Shown: one piece after another, positions 62,215-64,000 of the stretch
Numbering within the stretch: the first letter of the stretch is position 1
Layout of the letters: each line of letters opens with the position of its first letter
Source of the DNA: Octopus sinensis
Taxonomy: Eukaryota
Assembly: GCF_006345805.1 (NCBI RefSeq)
Contig: NC_043003.1
Coordinates: 101,432,001 to 101,496,000, forward strand
Length of the DNA: 64,000 bases
Reading direction: 5' to 3'
Program-made: the position numbers and the translations under genes
The notes under the pieces: generated by a model
Databases searched by the model: none
Seen by the model: the letters and a program-made list of their open reading frames with translations, nothing else
Told to the model about the DNA's origin: nothing

Positions 62215-62733
62215 ATATGTATGTGTATGTATGTATATATATATATGTATATATGTATGTGTATGTATATATATATATATGTATATATGTATGTGTATGT
62301 ATATATGTATATATGTATGTGTATATATATATGTATGTATGTGTATGTATATATATATATATGTATGTATGTGTATGTATATATATATATATGTATGTAT
62401 ATATGTATGTGTATGTATATATTTATATATGTATGTATATATGTATGTGTATGTATATATTTATATATGTATGTATATATGTATGTGTATGTATATATAT
62501 ATATATGTATGTATATATGTATGTGTATGTATATATATATATGTATGTATATATGTATGTGTATGTATATATATATTATATATATGTATATATGTATGTG
62601 TATGTATATATATATATAATATGTATGTATATATGTATGTGTATGTATATATATATATATATGTATGTAATATGTATGTGTATGTATATATATATATATA
62701 TATGTATGTATATATGTAATATGTATGTGTATG

Positions 62734-62764
<31 letters not shown>

Positions 62765-62783
62765 ATATGTATATATGTATGTG

Positions 62784-62824
<41 letters not shown>

Positions 62825-62883
62825 ATATGTATGTGTATGTATATATATATATATATATATGTATGTATATATGTATGTGTATG

Positions 62884-62914
<31 letters not shown>

Positions 62915-62925
62915 ATATGTATGTG

Positions 62926-62966
<41 letters not shown>

Positions 62967-63294
62967 ATATGTATGTGTAATGTATATATATATATATATA
63001 TGTATGTATATATGTATGTGTATGTATGTATGTATATATGTATGTGTATGTATATATATATATATATATGTGGTATATGTATGTGTATGTATATAATATA
63101 TTATATATATATATGTATGTGTATATATATATATATATATATGTATGTATATATGTATTGTTATATATATATATATATATGTATGTATATATGTATGTTA
63201 TGTATGTGTATTATATATATATATATATATGTATGTATATATGTATGTGTATGTTATATATATATATATATGTATGTATATATGTATGTGTATG

Positions 63295-63328
<34 letters not shown>

Positions 63329-63539
63329 ATATATGTATGTATATAGTATGTGTATGTTATAATATATATATGTATGTGTATGTATATATATATTATCTGT
63401 TGTGATGTTATGTATATATATATATTATGTATGTATATGTATGTGTGTATATATATATATATATATATTATGAATATATGTATGTTGTATCTATATAGAT
63501 ATATTATATATATATAATATATATATGTATGTATATATG

Positions 63540-63578
<39 letters not shown>

Positions 63579-63588
63579 ATATGTAGTG

Positions 63589-63623
<35 letters not shown>

Positions 63624-64000
63624 GTATATAATATATATATATGTATGTATATAGTATGTGTATATATATATGTATATATATATGTATATATATATGTATG
63701 TATGTGTATATATATATATGTATATATATATGTATGTATGTGTATATATATATATAGATATGTATGTATATATGTATGTGTATATATATATATATATATA
63801 TATGTATTATATATGTATGTGTGTGTATTATATATATATATTATATAATCTAATGCATGTATATATGTATGTGTGTATATTATAATATATATATAGCATG
63901 TAATATGTATGTGTATATATATATATATCTATATATATGCATGTATATATGTATGTGTATATGTATATATGTATGTGTATATATATATATGTATGTGTAT

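Larger units (their letters stand above)
57310..64000. repeat. Very long compound (TA/TG/TATG) microsatellite with recurrent GTATGTGTATG module
   Basis: Directly visible. Interrupted only at 58543-59799 and 60402-61643. Confidence 0.97.

Noticed and set aside
57362-63885. Long ORFs (up to 593 aa) rich in Y/I/C/V/M or Y/I/H/T
   Set aside because: Purine/pyrimidine-alternating repeats cannot form TAA, TAG or TGA, so all frames stay open. These are not proteins. The same applies to the ORFs at 6740-7569 and 23610-23996.

Overview
Eukaryotic, AT-rich, repeat-dense genomic DNA. The SINE, RTE-LINE and Helitron landscape and the (TA)/(TG) microsatellites suggest an octopus-type cephalopod; this is inference, not a database result. 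A 100-N scaffold gap (16081-16180) splits the window. Left of the gap, 1-11300 is a mosaic of direct and inverted duplications built from an AAAATCTATGTATG-type short repeat. It carries fragments of Gypsy, CR1-like, mariner and Helitron elements, a degenerate telomeric tract and a fold-back element. Next comes a GC/CpG-rich modular satellite (11540-16080) with an internal strand inversion. Right of the gap is one + strand gene, a NOL11 (nucleolar protein 11) homologue. I could assemble 11 internal exons with consistent splice phases (17882-56478; 1437 nt, 479 codons, no stops). Its 5' and 3' exons are not in the window. One of its introns (49557-50209) has U12 minor-spliceosome signals. The other introns hold pogo/Tigger, Tc1/mariner, RTE, Helitron, MITE, SINE and Penelope-like remnants, including a hammerhead-ribozyme-like core. 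They also hold a full-length piggyBac whose transposase is broken only by indels in homopolymer runs. The window ends in about 6.7 kb of purine/pyrimidine-alternating microsatellite containing a duplicated 1.25-kb cassette. I found no clear new protein-coding system. The best leads are the U12 intron, the probably intact piggyBac, the CpG-rich satellite, the fold-back mosaic and the hammerhead-like motif.
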